A stretch of DNA of 64,000 nucleotides, taken from IMG/VR virus record IMGVR_UViG_3300031673_000002; one strand, written 5' to 3'. Shown piece after piece: positions 11,112 to 19,621 of the stretch (positions are counted from its first letter, which is position 1; every line of letters starts with the position of its first letter). The DNA comes from an uncultured virus (IMG/VR IMGVR_UViG_3300031673_000002) (lineage: Duplodnaviria > Heunggongvirae > Uroviricota > Caudoviricetes). The notes under the pieces were generated by a model. That model was given only the letters and a program-made list of their open reading frames with translations. It was not told the DNA's origin and searched no databases. A program made the translations under genes and the position numbers.

Positions 11112-11790
11112 TTAGGTCAGCAACCATTCCAAGTCACCGCGCAGGTACTCCTTCAGGCGGCACCGACGACCAGAACGGTGATCTGTGACGACACCGTCCT
11201 GGGTTCGGATGGTCCTCACCTTGTCCCCGCGTTGCCCGGTCCCCAACTGTAGCCGGCGGTCCTTCCCACGACCCGCTGAGGCTTCCTCAGATCGCTTCTG
11301 AGCGAGCTTCGCCGCAAGGGCGGCCAGGGCTTGGGCTCGGTTCACGTGCTGACTACGCTCGCTCTCTGAGCGCGCGACGAGACCAGTAGGCTCATGGGTC
11401 GCTCTCACAGCAGAGTCCGTCTTGTTACGATGCTGGCCTCCAGCACCTGTCGATCGGTACGTGTCGATCCGAACCTCGCTCATGTCGAGGACGGACTCCG
11501 CCTGTTCCTGCTCGGGGAGCACGGCGACAGTTACGGTACTGGTATGAATCAGGCCCTTCTTACCGCTCGGGGCTTGCCAACGATGCCCGCCCGGTTCGGT
11601 TTCGGCCAAGGAAGCTACGCCCCGTCCCGCTAAGCGCAGAACGACGAAGCCTGGGCGCTGCTCAAGCAGCGTGGCGTCAAAGGTGCCTCCGCGCCGCGTG
11701 CGCAAGGTAGATGGCAAGCTGGTCCTCGACCAACCTCTTGCTGTGCTCGCCGCCTTCGGCGGCTCGGATCTCCACAATCACTGACTTCAT
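11112..11790 (-). CDS. Peptide chain release factor homologue (RF1-like, lacks domain 1), expressed via programmed +1 frameshift, about 225 aa
   Basis: AGGAG then ATG at 11790 gives MKSVIVEIRAAEGGEHSKRLVEDQLAIYLAHAARRHL*. The +1 frame continues DATLLEQ...GGHRWQ...IHTSTVTVAVLP...YRSTGAGGQHRNKTDSAVRATHEPTG with an intact GGQ. Ends TAA. Confidence 0.9.
11676..11690 (-). promoter_or_regulatory. RF2-type programmed +1 ribosomal frameshift cassette
   Basis: Minus strand reads GGAGG CAC CTT TGA C: internal SD, 3-nt spacer, slippery CUU-U, UGA-C stop. Confidence 0.9.
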
Positions 11791-11830
11791 CTTCTTCTCC
11801 TGTTCACTCTCTGGGAGTCGGGGTGTTGTT

Positions 11831-12067
11831 ATGCTGTTCGATGACGAAGACACGGGCAGAGAAAGAGTCCACAGCGAAAGACTGTGGAGCTACTCAAATG
11901 ATGCGATCAAAGAAGCGGTAGGACGCGGACGTGGTTGGGTCCAGCGTAATTATCGCGAGTGGCCCTTCGGTCATGCTCTGCGCTATCAGATCAGGACGCG
12001 GAACACAGAGGACTGGGTCGACTTCTACTTCGTTCCCGAGTTGGGCGATGACGACAGGCTTTTGTGA
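11831..12067 (+). CDS. Hypothetical protein
   Basis: GGGAG upstream of ATG 11831; plausible composition. Confidence 0.45.
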   Translation: MLFDDEDTGRERVHSERLWSYSNDAIKEAVGRGRGWVQRNYREWPFGHALRYQIRTRNTEDWVDFYFVPELGDDDRLL

Positions 12068-12243
12068 GGATCACGCCAGGCCAAAGTAGAAGAGTCCCAT
12101 TCCCAGCCGTTGTTCCGAAGCACCAGAGCCACCGTGTTCCGACCGCAAGAGAAACGTTCCGCAATCGCAGCAGCGTTCAGCCCTTGCTGCGCTAGGTACA
12201 CGACCTTGTTTGCGTTCTCTTTGACGAACTTTGCGCGAGACAT
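12025..12243 (-). CDS. Small helix-turn-helix protein
   Basis: GGAGG SD; QGLNAAAIAERFSCGRNTVALVL HTH pattern; starts 12 nt after the tRNA CCA. Confidence 0.6.
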   Translation of the reverse strand: MSRAKFVKENANKVVYLAQQGLNAAAIAERFSCGRNTVALVLRNNGWEWDSSTLAWRDPHKSLSSSPNSGTK

Positions 12244-12254
12244 GTGCCTCCAAA

Positions 12255-12330
12255 TGGAGCCCGCAACAGGATTTGAACCTGCGACCCCCAACTTACAAGG
12301 ATGGTGCTCTACCAACTGAGCTACACGGGC
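12255..12330 (-). tRNA. trnT: tRNA-Thr(UGU), CCA encoded
   Basis: GCCCGTGTAGCTCAGTTGGTAGAGCACCATCCTTGTAAGTTGGGGGTCGCAGGTTCAAATCCTGTTGCGGGCTCCA folds as a 76-nt cloverleaf with anticodon TGT. Confidence 0.95.
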
Positions 12331-12432
12331 ATGGGGAGGCTAAGTCTCGGCCATGGGTGTTCGCTCAGGGAGGTGTGGGGAGGTCATGGTGAAGTGTGCC
12401 ATCTCAGTCGTCATCCTGTCGCTTATCTGCGC

Positions 12433-12654
12433 TCAGGTCAACCGGTCAATAGGTCGTCCCCAGGTATTGCAGTTTAGGTCACGTTGCCGGTTCTTGTTGC
12501 CCGACTCCACCAATGAACTAGCTTGCTTCGCGATCGTCGCGACCCGCTCTGCGCCCACCTCGGCTCGGCGGACAATCTCGTCCAGTCTCCTGTCGACCTC
12601 GTCAGGTAGGCGAGGCGCGGTACGGTGATCGGGGACGTGGCATGAGGTTTTCAT
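12433..12654 (-). CDS. Hypothetical protein
   Basis: ATGA-coupled to the upstream minus-strand gene. Confidence 0.45.
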   Translation of the reverse strand: MKTSCHVPDHRTAPRLPDEVDRRLDEIVRRAEVGAERVATIAKQASSLVESGNKNRQRDLNCNTWGRPIDRLT

Positions 12655-13025
12655 CGAGTCTTCCGGCGCGACGCGATTCGTTGCTGAATCTCGGTGATCT
12701 CGTCCTCGCTTGGTTCCCACCGCCTCGGCTTTCTTGGCGCTCTCTTCTTCGTCGACACGGGCTCCCGCCCTTCGTACAGACCGCGTGGGTCATAGACCGC
12801 TGGGTCTTCGATGTACTTCTTCAAGCAGGTACCAGAACACAGAGGCGCGTTCTCTGGCTGCAACCAGAGGAGAGTCCTCTTTTCGCAGATGCAGCACTTC
12901 TCCTTATCGTAGTTCGGAGGCTCCGAGCAGCCCTCGATCATCTCTGATACGAGGACGCGAGGACGCTGCTCCGCTTCGCGGAGATCGGCGATCCACTTCT
13001 GCTTGCGTGTGTCCCGATCGGTCAT
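12651..13025 (-). CDS. Hypothetical protein with treble-clef-like Zn finger
   Basis: CCICEK...LCSGTC. Confidence 0.6.
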   Translation of the reverse strand: MTDRDTRKQKWIADLREAEQRPRVLVSEMIEGCSEPPNYDKEKCCICEKRTLLWLQPENAPLCSGTCLKKYIEDPAVYDPRGLYEGREPVSTKKRAPRKPRRWEPSEDEITEIQQRIASRRKTR

Positions 13026-13055
13026 ACAGAAGGATGCTAGCCCAACTACAGATAT

Positions 13056-13445
13056 TCAGCGAGCTTGCTCCACACTGACGACGCCGATACTGCGAATCCG
13101 CCAAAGAAGAGCGCACACGCTACAGGTCTTCGGTGACTTGAAATCCAGGCAGTTGTGGATGAGAGCGGGGCTCTTGGAGAGCGCCGCCTCGATGTCTCCT
13201 AGCAGGTCGCCACGGTCGATGCCAATGCCTTCGGCCAGGAAGACGATCTCCACCTCTTCTGCCACGTCCAAAGCGTTGCATCGGCTCGGGGAGATGCTAC
13301 GAACGATGGCATGTGGCAGTAGGATACTAAATGACTCGCTTGCGAGTATTTCCTTCATGGTCACCTCCGAGTAACCACGGTCAGACCACTTTCGCAGCGT
13401 AGTGGTCACTACGCTTTCCCTTCCATGATAGTTGGTGGTCGTCAC
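13056..13445 (-). CDS. Hypothetical protein
   Basis: GTGA-coupled ORF within the minus-strand run. Confidence 0.5.
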   Translation of the reverse strand: MTTTNYHGRESVVTTTLRKWSDRGYSEVTMKEILASESFSILLPHAIVRSISPSRCNALDVAEEVEIVFLAEGIGIDRGDLLGDIEAALSKSPALIHNCLDFKSPKTCSVCALLWRIRSIGVVSVEQAR

Positions 13446-13882
13446 TCGTCGAGCCTCACGATGTCGCTGATCTTGCACTCAGGCGTGTCACGCCACTCCC
13501 ACGCGGCGTCGGCGTCTTCTTCGATCTGTTGCAGAGCTTCCGTCCGCGCCTCTTCGTAGGAGTCCGCCTTGATGTATGTACGGAAGACCTGAGTCTTCTC
13601 GATCATGACCCGGTAGGTGTGCTCACACGCTTCCTCGACCTTGACGACGAACTCGCTCTCCTTGCACAAGGAGTGGGAAGCCTTCTTAGCCTTCTCCTCG
13701 GAGTAAGCCAAAAGCCGCTCCTCGCGGGTCGTCTGGTTGACGAGGTGGGCGATGTAGACGACGTACTCGATCTCGATGAGCACTTTTTCCTTGTCGGCTA
13801 CAACGGTGCCCGCTTTGACCTCGGGTTCAACCTTGTCGATGTGGTCCCTGTCGTCGGTGTCTTCCAGGTAGTGGTGACTCAT
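13442..13882 (-). CDS. Hypothetical acidic protein
   Basis: AAGGA SD, ATG 13882, GC3 bias. Confidence 0.65.
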   Translation of the reverse strand: MSHHYLEDTDDRDHIDKVEPEVKAGTVVADKEKVLIEIEYVVYIAHLVNQTTREERLLAYSEEKAKKASHSLCKESEFVVKVEEACEHTYRVMIEKTQVFRTYIKADSYEEARTEALQQIEEDADAAWEWRDTPECKISDIVRLDE

Positions 13883-14283
13883 GTGGTTGTCCTTTTGAGG
13901 GCTGAAAGAAGAACATGGCGAAAGTGGTCGAGACCGCAGGTACACGCGGTGGCGCGGTCATCTGTGGCGAGGGCGCACTGCGACGTGTGTCCTCGGTCGC
14001 GGTTCCGCTCCGCGAAATCATCCCACGCTTGGATAACCTCTTTCCGCCACGCCCACACTTCGACGGCCTGTCCAAGCTCCTCGTCCCGAGCGTCTCCTGC
14101 TTCCCAATCGGCACTGCCGTCGGGCATCTCGGCGTAGAAAGCGCCGGCTTGTGCCCACGCCCTCTTGGCGAGAACAACGGGCGGCTCTCGCGGCCTTTCC
14201 CAGTTATGTGGGTGCTGCTCGTTGGTTTCAATCAACTTCAGCAGGATCGCCTGTGCGAGAGCTTCTTCATCAGACTTTGCCAT
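13879..14283 (-). CDS. Hypothetical protein
   Basis: GGAGG SD; coupled to the next gene. Confidence 0.6.
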   Translation of the reverse strand: MAKSDEEALAQAILLKLIETNEQHPHNWERPREPPVVLAKRAWAQAGAFYAEMPDGSADWEAGDARDEELGQAVEVWAWRKEVIQAWDDFAERNRDRGHTSQCALATDDRATACTCGLDHFRHVLLSALKRTTT

Positions 14284-14286
14284 CGG

Positions 14287-14712
14287 CTACCTCCTTGGCC
14301 GGAGAGCGGAGCCCAACGGGACTCGATCCGGCTTCTCCTCGGCTCTTCCCTCTACGACCAGCAGAGCGCGATCGTAGGCGTCTTGCAACACCGGCCAGTA
14401 CAGGCTCGACTCGTCCTTCGCGCGGGCGACCTCGATCCCTTCGAGGTCGCCCTCATCGATCATGCGCTTCAACTTGGCGACCACTGCCATGCGCACCCGG
14501 ATGGGCTCGACAAAGGGGCGACGGGGGGTCGTTCCCGTCCCACGGCAGCGGAAGCACACGCGAGACCCGTCATCCTCAGTGACAACCCAGTCATCGCGGT
14601 CGAGATACCCCTCACCGTCACAGCGGGGGCAGTAGACAGAGGCTTCCCACGCTTCGCGGATGATGGCCGCTGCTTGGTGGTACCCCGGGGAGAGGCGGCG
14701 ATGGCTAGTCAT
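14287..14712 (-). CDS. DnaJ-type CxxCxGxG zinc-finger protein
   Basis: CPRCDGEG ... CFRCRGTG. Confidence 0.65.
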   Translation of the reverse strand: MTSHRRLSPGYHQAAAIIREAWEASVYCPRCDGEGYLDRDDWVVTEDDGSRVCFRCRGTGTTPRRPFVEPIRVRMAVVAKLKRMIDEGDLEGIEVARAKDESSLYWPVLQDAYDRALLVVEGRAEEKPDRVPLGSALRPRR

Positions 14713-15115
14713 GCCATACAGGATAGGCACACCCTGCTTTACTGTCAACAGTTGCTTGTCGCTTAGAGCAACATGGCGGTGTCCTGGGCACCTCCCACAG
14801 ATCGCCTTTAACGGTGGCCCAGGAGCCGTTCTGCGCTACCCAGGCCCAGACCTTGGTGGGCGTGATCTCAAAAGCGTGTTCCTGGGTACACAGGAAGATC
14901 CGGCGGTCTTGGACGGGTCGCTCCTGTGTGGTCGAGGACAGCGACAGGCGGAGGCAGAGGGGACAATTCACTGCGGGTCCGGTTTCTTGGTCCCGTCCGG
15001 CTTCACGGGCAGGACGCCTGTACCGCCGCAGCGAACGCAACAGTGTGACGGCGACCTTGCCTGCCATCCAGTCTTTCGCGCGTGAACGTCTCCACCTCGT
15101 AGCCGGCGGACGGAG

Positions 15116-15886
15116 TTATCCATTCTCTTCTGTACCAGTGCCTTGTGCATGTGTCTTACTCCACGGCGGTACGTTCAGTGTACGCGGCGCGTTAGTCCAG
15201 ATACCTTCGCTGTATCGTTTACCCAGCCCGTTGGCGGTACCGTACAACCTTCTAAATGGGAGCCAGGTGGCGTCTGCGTACTCGCAGACCATGGCCTGCC
15301 CGCGTCTAGTGCGGCACCAACGGCCTAGCTTTTCAAAGTCGAGGTCAGCCGCCCGGCACCCAAACGCATATCCGTTTCCGCCAGCCCTCGGGCTCTTTTC
15401 CCGCAGCGGGGAGGTGTAGGGCGGATCAATGAACCATGTGGCGTCCTCGTCTGGGGCGCTGTAGTATTCGCCGTGGACGACCTCTATCCTAGCGCCCACT
15501 CCGGCACCCAAAATCTTGGCAACGCGCCGCTTCATGAAGCCTATATTCCTAACCAGCCGCCTTGTGACCGTCATGATGTTGGTAGCCGCCACACCGTTAG
15601 ATGCGGTGGAGGTCATCAGGAACATGTCGTCGGTGGTTTCACCTATCTCAGGCACCGGATAATTTAGCATCTCCTCTGCGCTCATGCCCAGCAGCATCTT
15701 CCACACCGCGACTACGCGCTCATCCTTCTCCACCAGTAGGCACTCTAGGCGCCTATCCTTGCAGATATGGTACATCGAGTATCCAGCGGCACCTGCAAAC
15801 GGCTCGATAATAAGCCGTCTCTGCGGGGCAGGATACCTGCCCGCTGACCTTGCCTTACCGCCGTAGTAGTAGAACATTGGTATCAT
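15116..15886 (-). CDS. DNA adenine methyltransferase (Dam/D12-like, alpha class)
   Basis: YYGGK, EPFAGAAG (SAM-binding), FIDPPY (catalytic); ATGA overlap with the sbcC stop. Confidence 0.85.
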   Translation of the reverse strand: MIPMFYYYGGKARSAGRYPAPQRRLIIEPFAGAAGYSMYHICKDRRLECLLVEKDERVVAVWKMLLGMSAEEMLNYPVPEIGETTDDMFLMTSTASNGVAATNIMTVTRRLVRNIGFMKRRVAKILGAGVGARIEVVHGEYYSAPDEDATWFIDPPYTSPLREKSPRAGGNGYAFGCRAADLDFEKLGRWCRTRRGQAMVCEYADATWLPFRRLYGTANGLGKRYSEGIWTNAPRTLNVPPWSKTHAQGTGTEENG

Positions 15887-18309
15887 CGCCCCTCGACCAG
15901 TGAGAGCTTCTGGTCTGTCGTGATGCGTGACCCGTTTGGGAGACGCTCGGCTTGCCATACAGAGTCAAACGAATCGTTACTCGCTTCGAGGATTTCGCGA
16001 TCGTGCGCGATGACGAAGATGCTGTCTAGGTCGTCACACCTGTCCATGAGCGTTGGTACGAGCCGGTCCAGGAAAAGCATCTTGCCCTCAGACTCAAGGT
16101 CTGCGAACGGCTCGTCAAAGAACATGAGGTTTGCTCTACGTGGGCTCACCTCGCGCAGCGCCGCGATGATGGCGAGGGTGAAGCGACGACGCTGGCCGCC
16201 TGATGACTGGATAGCTGAGGTCCATGATGAGCGCGACCCCGCGCGCAGCATCAGGTCGACCTTCTTCAAGTCGTCCGAGATGGACAGCTTGACCTCGGCT
16301 CCCAGGTACTGTGACGACGACATGGCTGACACGTAGACCGGGAGCACGCCTTCGAGCACAGAGACGCTTGCGTTGACCTTGGCCGCGCGAAGCGTTTCAA
16401 AGTAGGGCATGAGCGTAAGCTCATAGTGCTGAATCTTGAGTGCGTTGTCGGCGTGTTCTTCGATGCGGTCTTGTATGTCGACGATCTGCTTGGTGATCGC
16501 CCTCAGCGTAGCGCTGGCTTGGTCGTGCCTTGTCTTGATCGCCATCGCCTTGCGGTAGCGCTGCTCGGTCTTTTCGCGGCGGTCCGATAGGGAGTCGATC
16601 CTCTCGTCTAGGTTCTCGACATCGATGTGCTCGACGGTCCCTTCCAGGGCCTCGCGTTGGTCGTAGAGCGACAGCAGCCGGTTGAGGTCGGTGATGAAGG
16701 CGTCTGCGGCTTGGGCCTGCTCCCGTTGGTCCCGGAGCGCCTCAGCGAGCTTCTCAGCCTTCTCCGGCTCTGGGGTGGAGGCGAGGCGGTCCTTCGCCTT
16801 CTTGGCCGCCTCACGCGCCCTGACAACCTCCTGGTCAGCACCTTCCATCTTACCAGCGGTCTGGACGGCAGCGGTCAGCGCTCGTTGCATCGCCTGCGCC
16901 GTCCCATCCTTCACGGACGGTCGCCACTCACCAAGCAGGAGAGACAAGGCGTTGATGACACCACCGATGGCAAGCTCAATGTCGGCTTGCCCGCGTTCGC
17001 GCAGCTTCTTCACGGCGAGCTTCAGCGACTTTGCTTCCAGGTCGCGGTCACAGGTGGGGCACGTCGAGCACCCCTGTTGGGCCAGCTTCGTCAGCTTAGC
17101 TGCGGTGCGGAGATGCGACGTTGCTTCCCTCGCGGCTGCCTGCCAGTCATCGATATCGACGACGTCTTTCTCAAGGTCCAGGGTGATGTCGTCACCCAGA
17201 AGAGAGATGGCCGTGCCAACCAAATCACGAGCATCGGTAAGAGCCTCGAAAGAATACATGCCCTCCAGGGCCGAAACGAGAAACGCTTGCTTCTCCTTGG
17301 CAGCTTTCAACTCCCCCTGCGCCGCAGCATGGTCAACGCGGGCCTGGTTGAATGCTTTCGCCTTCGCCTTGTCTGCGCGGACAAGCGCTTCGTTGTCCGC
17401 TATGATGCCGGCGATCACGGCCCTCTCATCCTGAGCCTGCTTGAGCGCGACCTCGACCTCTTCCCTCCCCGCCGTAGCCGTAGCTTTGGCGAGTACAGCC
17501 ACCTTGGCGTCGACGGCGTCGAGCTTCGCAGCAGCGACCTTCGCAGCTTCCAAGGTCGCCAAGTCGCTAGCCCACTTCTGGAGCTTCTTGCTCAGCTTGT
17601 CGATTCCCTCCTCGACCTCGGAGATGCCACCGGGCACTGACGAGAGGATGGCCTCTTGCTCTTCCGCTTCCCCTTCCAGATCGACCATCTTTTGCTGAAG
17701 GGTCGGAGCCCCAGCGGCAGCCTGGGTAAGCCGCCGCAACTCCTCCTTCGCTTCGTTGATCAAGTCATCGTAGAAGTCGAGCCCGAACACGGAGGTCAGG
17801 TACTTGCGCTTCTCGGTTGGCGTTCCAGCCAAGAGGTCGTGAATGCCACCCTGATGCAAGTACACAACGCCGAGCCACTCCTCATAGCTGAGCGGCGCCA
17901 ACCGTTTGACGAGCTTCTTCTGCTCTGGCTTCGTGTCGGGTTCTTCACGCATCCCGTCGATAGAGATGATGTACCGCGAGTTCAGTCTCTTGTGCCGGAA
18001 CGCCTGCGTGATGGAGACGTGACGCTCTGTTGTTCCCCGACCCGAGATGAAGTCCAGCGTACCCTGATACCCAGTAGCTTGGTTGACGATAGTAGACTCG
18101 ACAAGCCCCGTCGCCCGGAACCGTGGTGCGCCCTTCCCGTACAGGATCAGCGTCATCACCTCGGGTATAGTCGTCTTCCCAGACCCCTCAGCCCCCATGA
18201 TCAAGACTCGTCCCTGCCCGGCGAGTGGCAAGGGATCGACTACTGAAAGAAAGCTGGCAGCGCCTTCAAAAGTAAGCGACTGAAGGCGGACCAGAGCATT
18301 GTCGACCAT
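15883..18309 (-). CDS. sbcC: SbcC/Rad50/gp46-like ATPase
   Basis: Walker A GAEGSGKT, Q-loop YLHQG, coiled coil with CPTC hook, signature SSGGQ, Walker B FFDEP, H-loop IAHD. Confidence 0.92.
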   Translation of the reverse strand: MVDNALVRLQSLTFEGAASFLSVVDPLPLAGQGRVLIMGAEGSGKTTIPEVMTLILYGKGAPRFRATGLVESTIVNQATGYQGTLDFISGRGTTERHVSITQAFRHKRLNSRYIISIDGMREEPDTKPEQKKLVKRLAPLSYEEWLGVVYLHQGGIHDLLAGTPTEKRKYLTSVFGLDFYDDLINEAKEELRRLTQAAAGAPTLQQKMVDLEGEAEEQEAILSSVPGGISEVEEGIDKLSKKLQKWASDLATLEAAKVAAAKLDAVDAKVAVLAKATATAGREEVEVALKQAQDERAVIAGIIADNEALVRADKAKAKAFNQARVDHAAAQGELKAAKEKQAFLVSALEGMYSFEALTDARDLVGTAISLLGDDITLDLEKDVVDIDDWQAAAREATSHLRTAAKLTKLAQQGCSTCPTCDRDLEAKSLKLAVKKLRERGQADIELAIGGVINALSLLLGEWRPSVKDGTAQAMQRALTAAVQTAGKMEGADQEVVRAREAAKKAKDRLASTPEPEKAEKLAEALRDQREQAQAADAFITDLNRLLSLYDQREALEGTVEHIDVENLDERIDSLSDRREKTEQRYRKAMAIKTRHDQASATLRAITKQIVDIQDRIEEHADNALKIQHYELTLMPYFETLRAAKVNASVSVLEGVLPVYVSAMSSSQYLGAEVKLSISDDLKKVDLMLRAGSRSSWTSAIQSSGGQRRRFTLAIIAALREVSPRRANLMFFDEPFADLESEGKMLFLDRLVPTLMDRCDDLDSIFVIAHDREILEASNDSFDSVWQAERLPNGSRITTDQKLSLVEGR

Positions 18310-18351
18310 GCGGCCATAGGACCATAATCCTCGACGACGCGCAACGATTCA

Positions 18352-18864
18352 TCACTCCCCGCCACCGCGCTCAACCCACTTGTGAAGAACACCAACCCCA
18401 CTAAGCTCCCACAGCGTCAGGTAGTTGACGGAAAGCGACGTTCCTTCAAGGCTATCAAGCGACTTGCGGAACCACTGCCATCGAGCGACGCTCTGCTCAT
18501 CCTTCACCAAGGACGCCGCCGCCAACCCGTTGAGGTACCGCTTGCGCGCGACGACGATGCTCTCGACTCGGGACTCCTTGTCCAGCTTGTCGCGGTTGAT
18601 GGCTTGCCGAAGCAGGGACAAAGATAGCGCTCCGCCTTCCCCGATGTCGGGTTGGTAGAGGTGAGCAAGAAACTTGAGCGCGTCGTTCTTCTTCTTCACG
18701 TCCGGGGGGAGTAGCTCCTGCACCTTACGAAGAACGGGGAGTGCCTCTTCGGCCTTCTTGCGAACCGGAGCGTATGGGTGAACCACGGACTCCTGTATTG
18801 CGGTAGCCAGAAGGTTGACTACCGACAGCTTCAGATGGTCATGGTTGAAATGATCCGGGCGCAT
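18352..18864 (-). CDS. Hypothetical protein
   Basis: 170-aa ORF co-oriented with its neighbours. Confidence 0.6.
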   Translation of the reverse strand: MRPDHFNHDHLKLSVVNLLATAIQESVVHPYAPVRKKAEEALPVLRKVQELLPPDVKKKNDALKFLAHLYQPDIGEGGALSLSLLRQAINRDKLDKESRVESIVVARKRYLNGLAAASLVKDEQSVARWQWFRKSLDSLEGTSLSVNYLTLWELSGVGVLHKWVERGGGE

Positions 18865-18901
18865 GAATACAGGATGGTCATCGTGGCCAATAGTTGGCTG
18901 G

Positions 18902-19192
18902 TCACGCCGACTTCTTGAGAATCGCTGCCATCTCGTCCTCGGTCTGCTGACGGCACTGGTCCATCATGTCGAGCACGAGCTTCTGGCTGTCCTTGTGGTT
19001 GACGTCCATCGACACGAGAAACGACATAGCGGAGTTGGTGGTGGGCACCGAGATGCGGTGACTCTTCTTGAACGCCGCTGTAGCGGCGTCGATCTCCGCG
19101 AGCTGGCGCCCCAGTGCCGATAGCTTGCCTGCCCTGTCACCGACCGGGACTTCCATGTTCGAGGCACTCGTAGCTGCTGTCTTCTTGGCCAT
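18902..19192 (-). CDS. Hypothetical protein
   Basis: GGAGG SD before MAKKTAATS. Confidence 0.65.
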   Translation of the reverse strand: MAKKTAATSASNMEVPVGDRAGKLSALGRQLAEIDAATAAFKKSHRISVPTTNSAMSFLVSMDVNHKDSQKLVLDMMDQCRQQTEDEMAAILKKSA

Positions 19193-19193
19193 G

Positions 19194-19481
19194 TTACACC
19201 TCCTCCGCAGAGACAACCGCCAGGGTGATGTCGCGTTTCGGCTCGCTCGTGAGGAGCAGATGGGGAACCCCGTCGAGGGCGACGAGAGTCGCGTCCCCCA
19301 TGCGGAAGAAGATTCGATCCCCGGAGTCGATCCCAGAGACCTCGGGGCCGACCGCGACCACCTTGCCCCAGGCTTCTGCTTTGATGTTGTGGAGCGAGGT
19401 GAGGAGAATCCCGCTCTCCGTCTTCTCGCGAGGGGATTCAGGCAGGATCAGGAGGTGCTTACCTAGAGGACGGAGTCTCAT
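19194..19481 (-). CDS. groES: Co-chaperonin GroES
   Basis: MRLRPLGKHLLI..EKTESGILL..GKVVAVGP..GDRIFF. Confidence 0.9.
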   Translation of the reverse strand: MRLRPLGKHLLILPESPREKTESGILLTSLHNIKAEAWGKVVAVGPEVSGIDSGDRIFFRMGDATLVALDGVPHLLLTSEPKRDITLAVVSAEEV

Positions 19482-19621
19482 GGTTTGGTGACCTTGGTGT
19501 GAAGTGAGTAACAACAACGCCACAGGAAACCGAAAAGGTCAAGCACTGAGGGGTCTTCGCGCAGAACGGACTTGTCTTCGGCAAGATAAACGACGACGCT
19601 ACATCCTCCTAGGGAGGCTAC

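Noticed and set aside
11679..11777. ORF-track N-terminus MWRSEPPK... of the release factor
   Set aside because: Not RF-like; the homologous N-terminus with an SD is in another frame starting at 11790
19605..19617. SD-sequestering mini-hairpins (CCTCCtagGGAGG; also CTCCTAacTAGGAG at 54340-54353)
   Set aside because: Stems of 5-6 bp are too short to distinguish from chance
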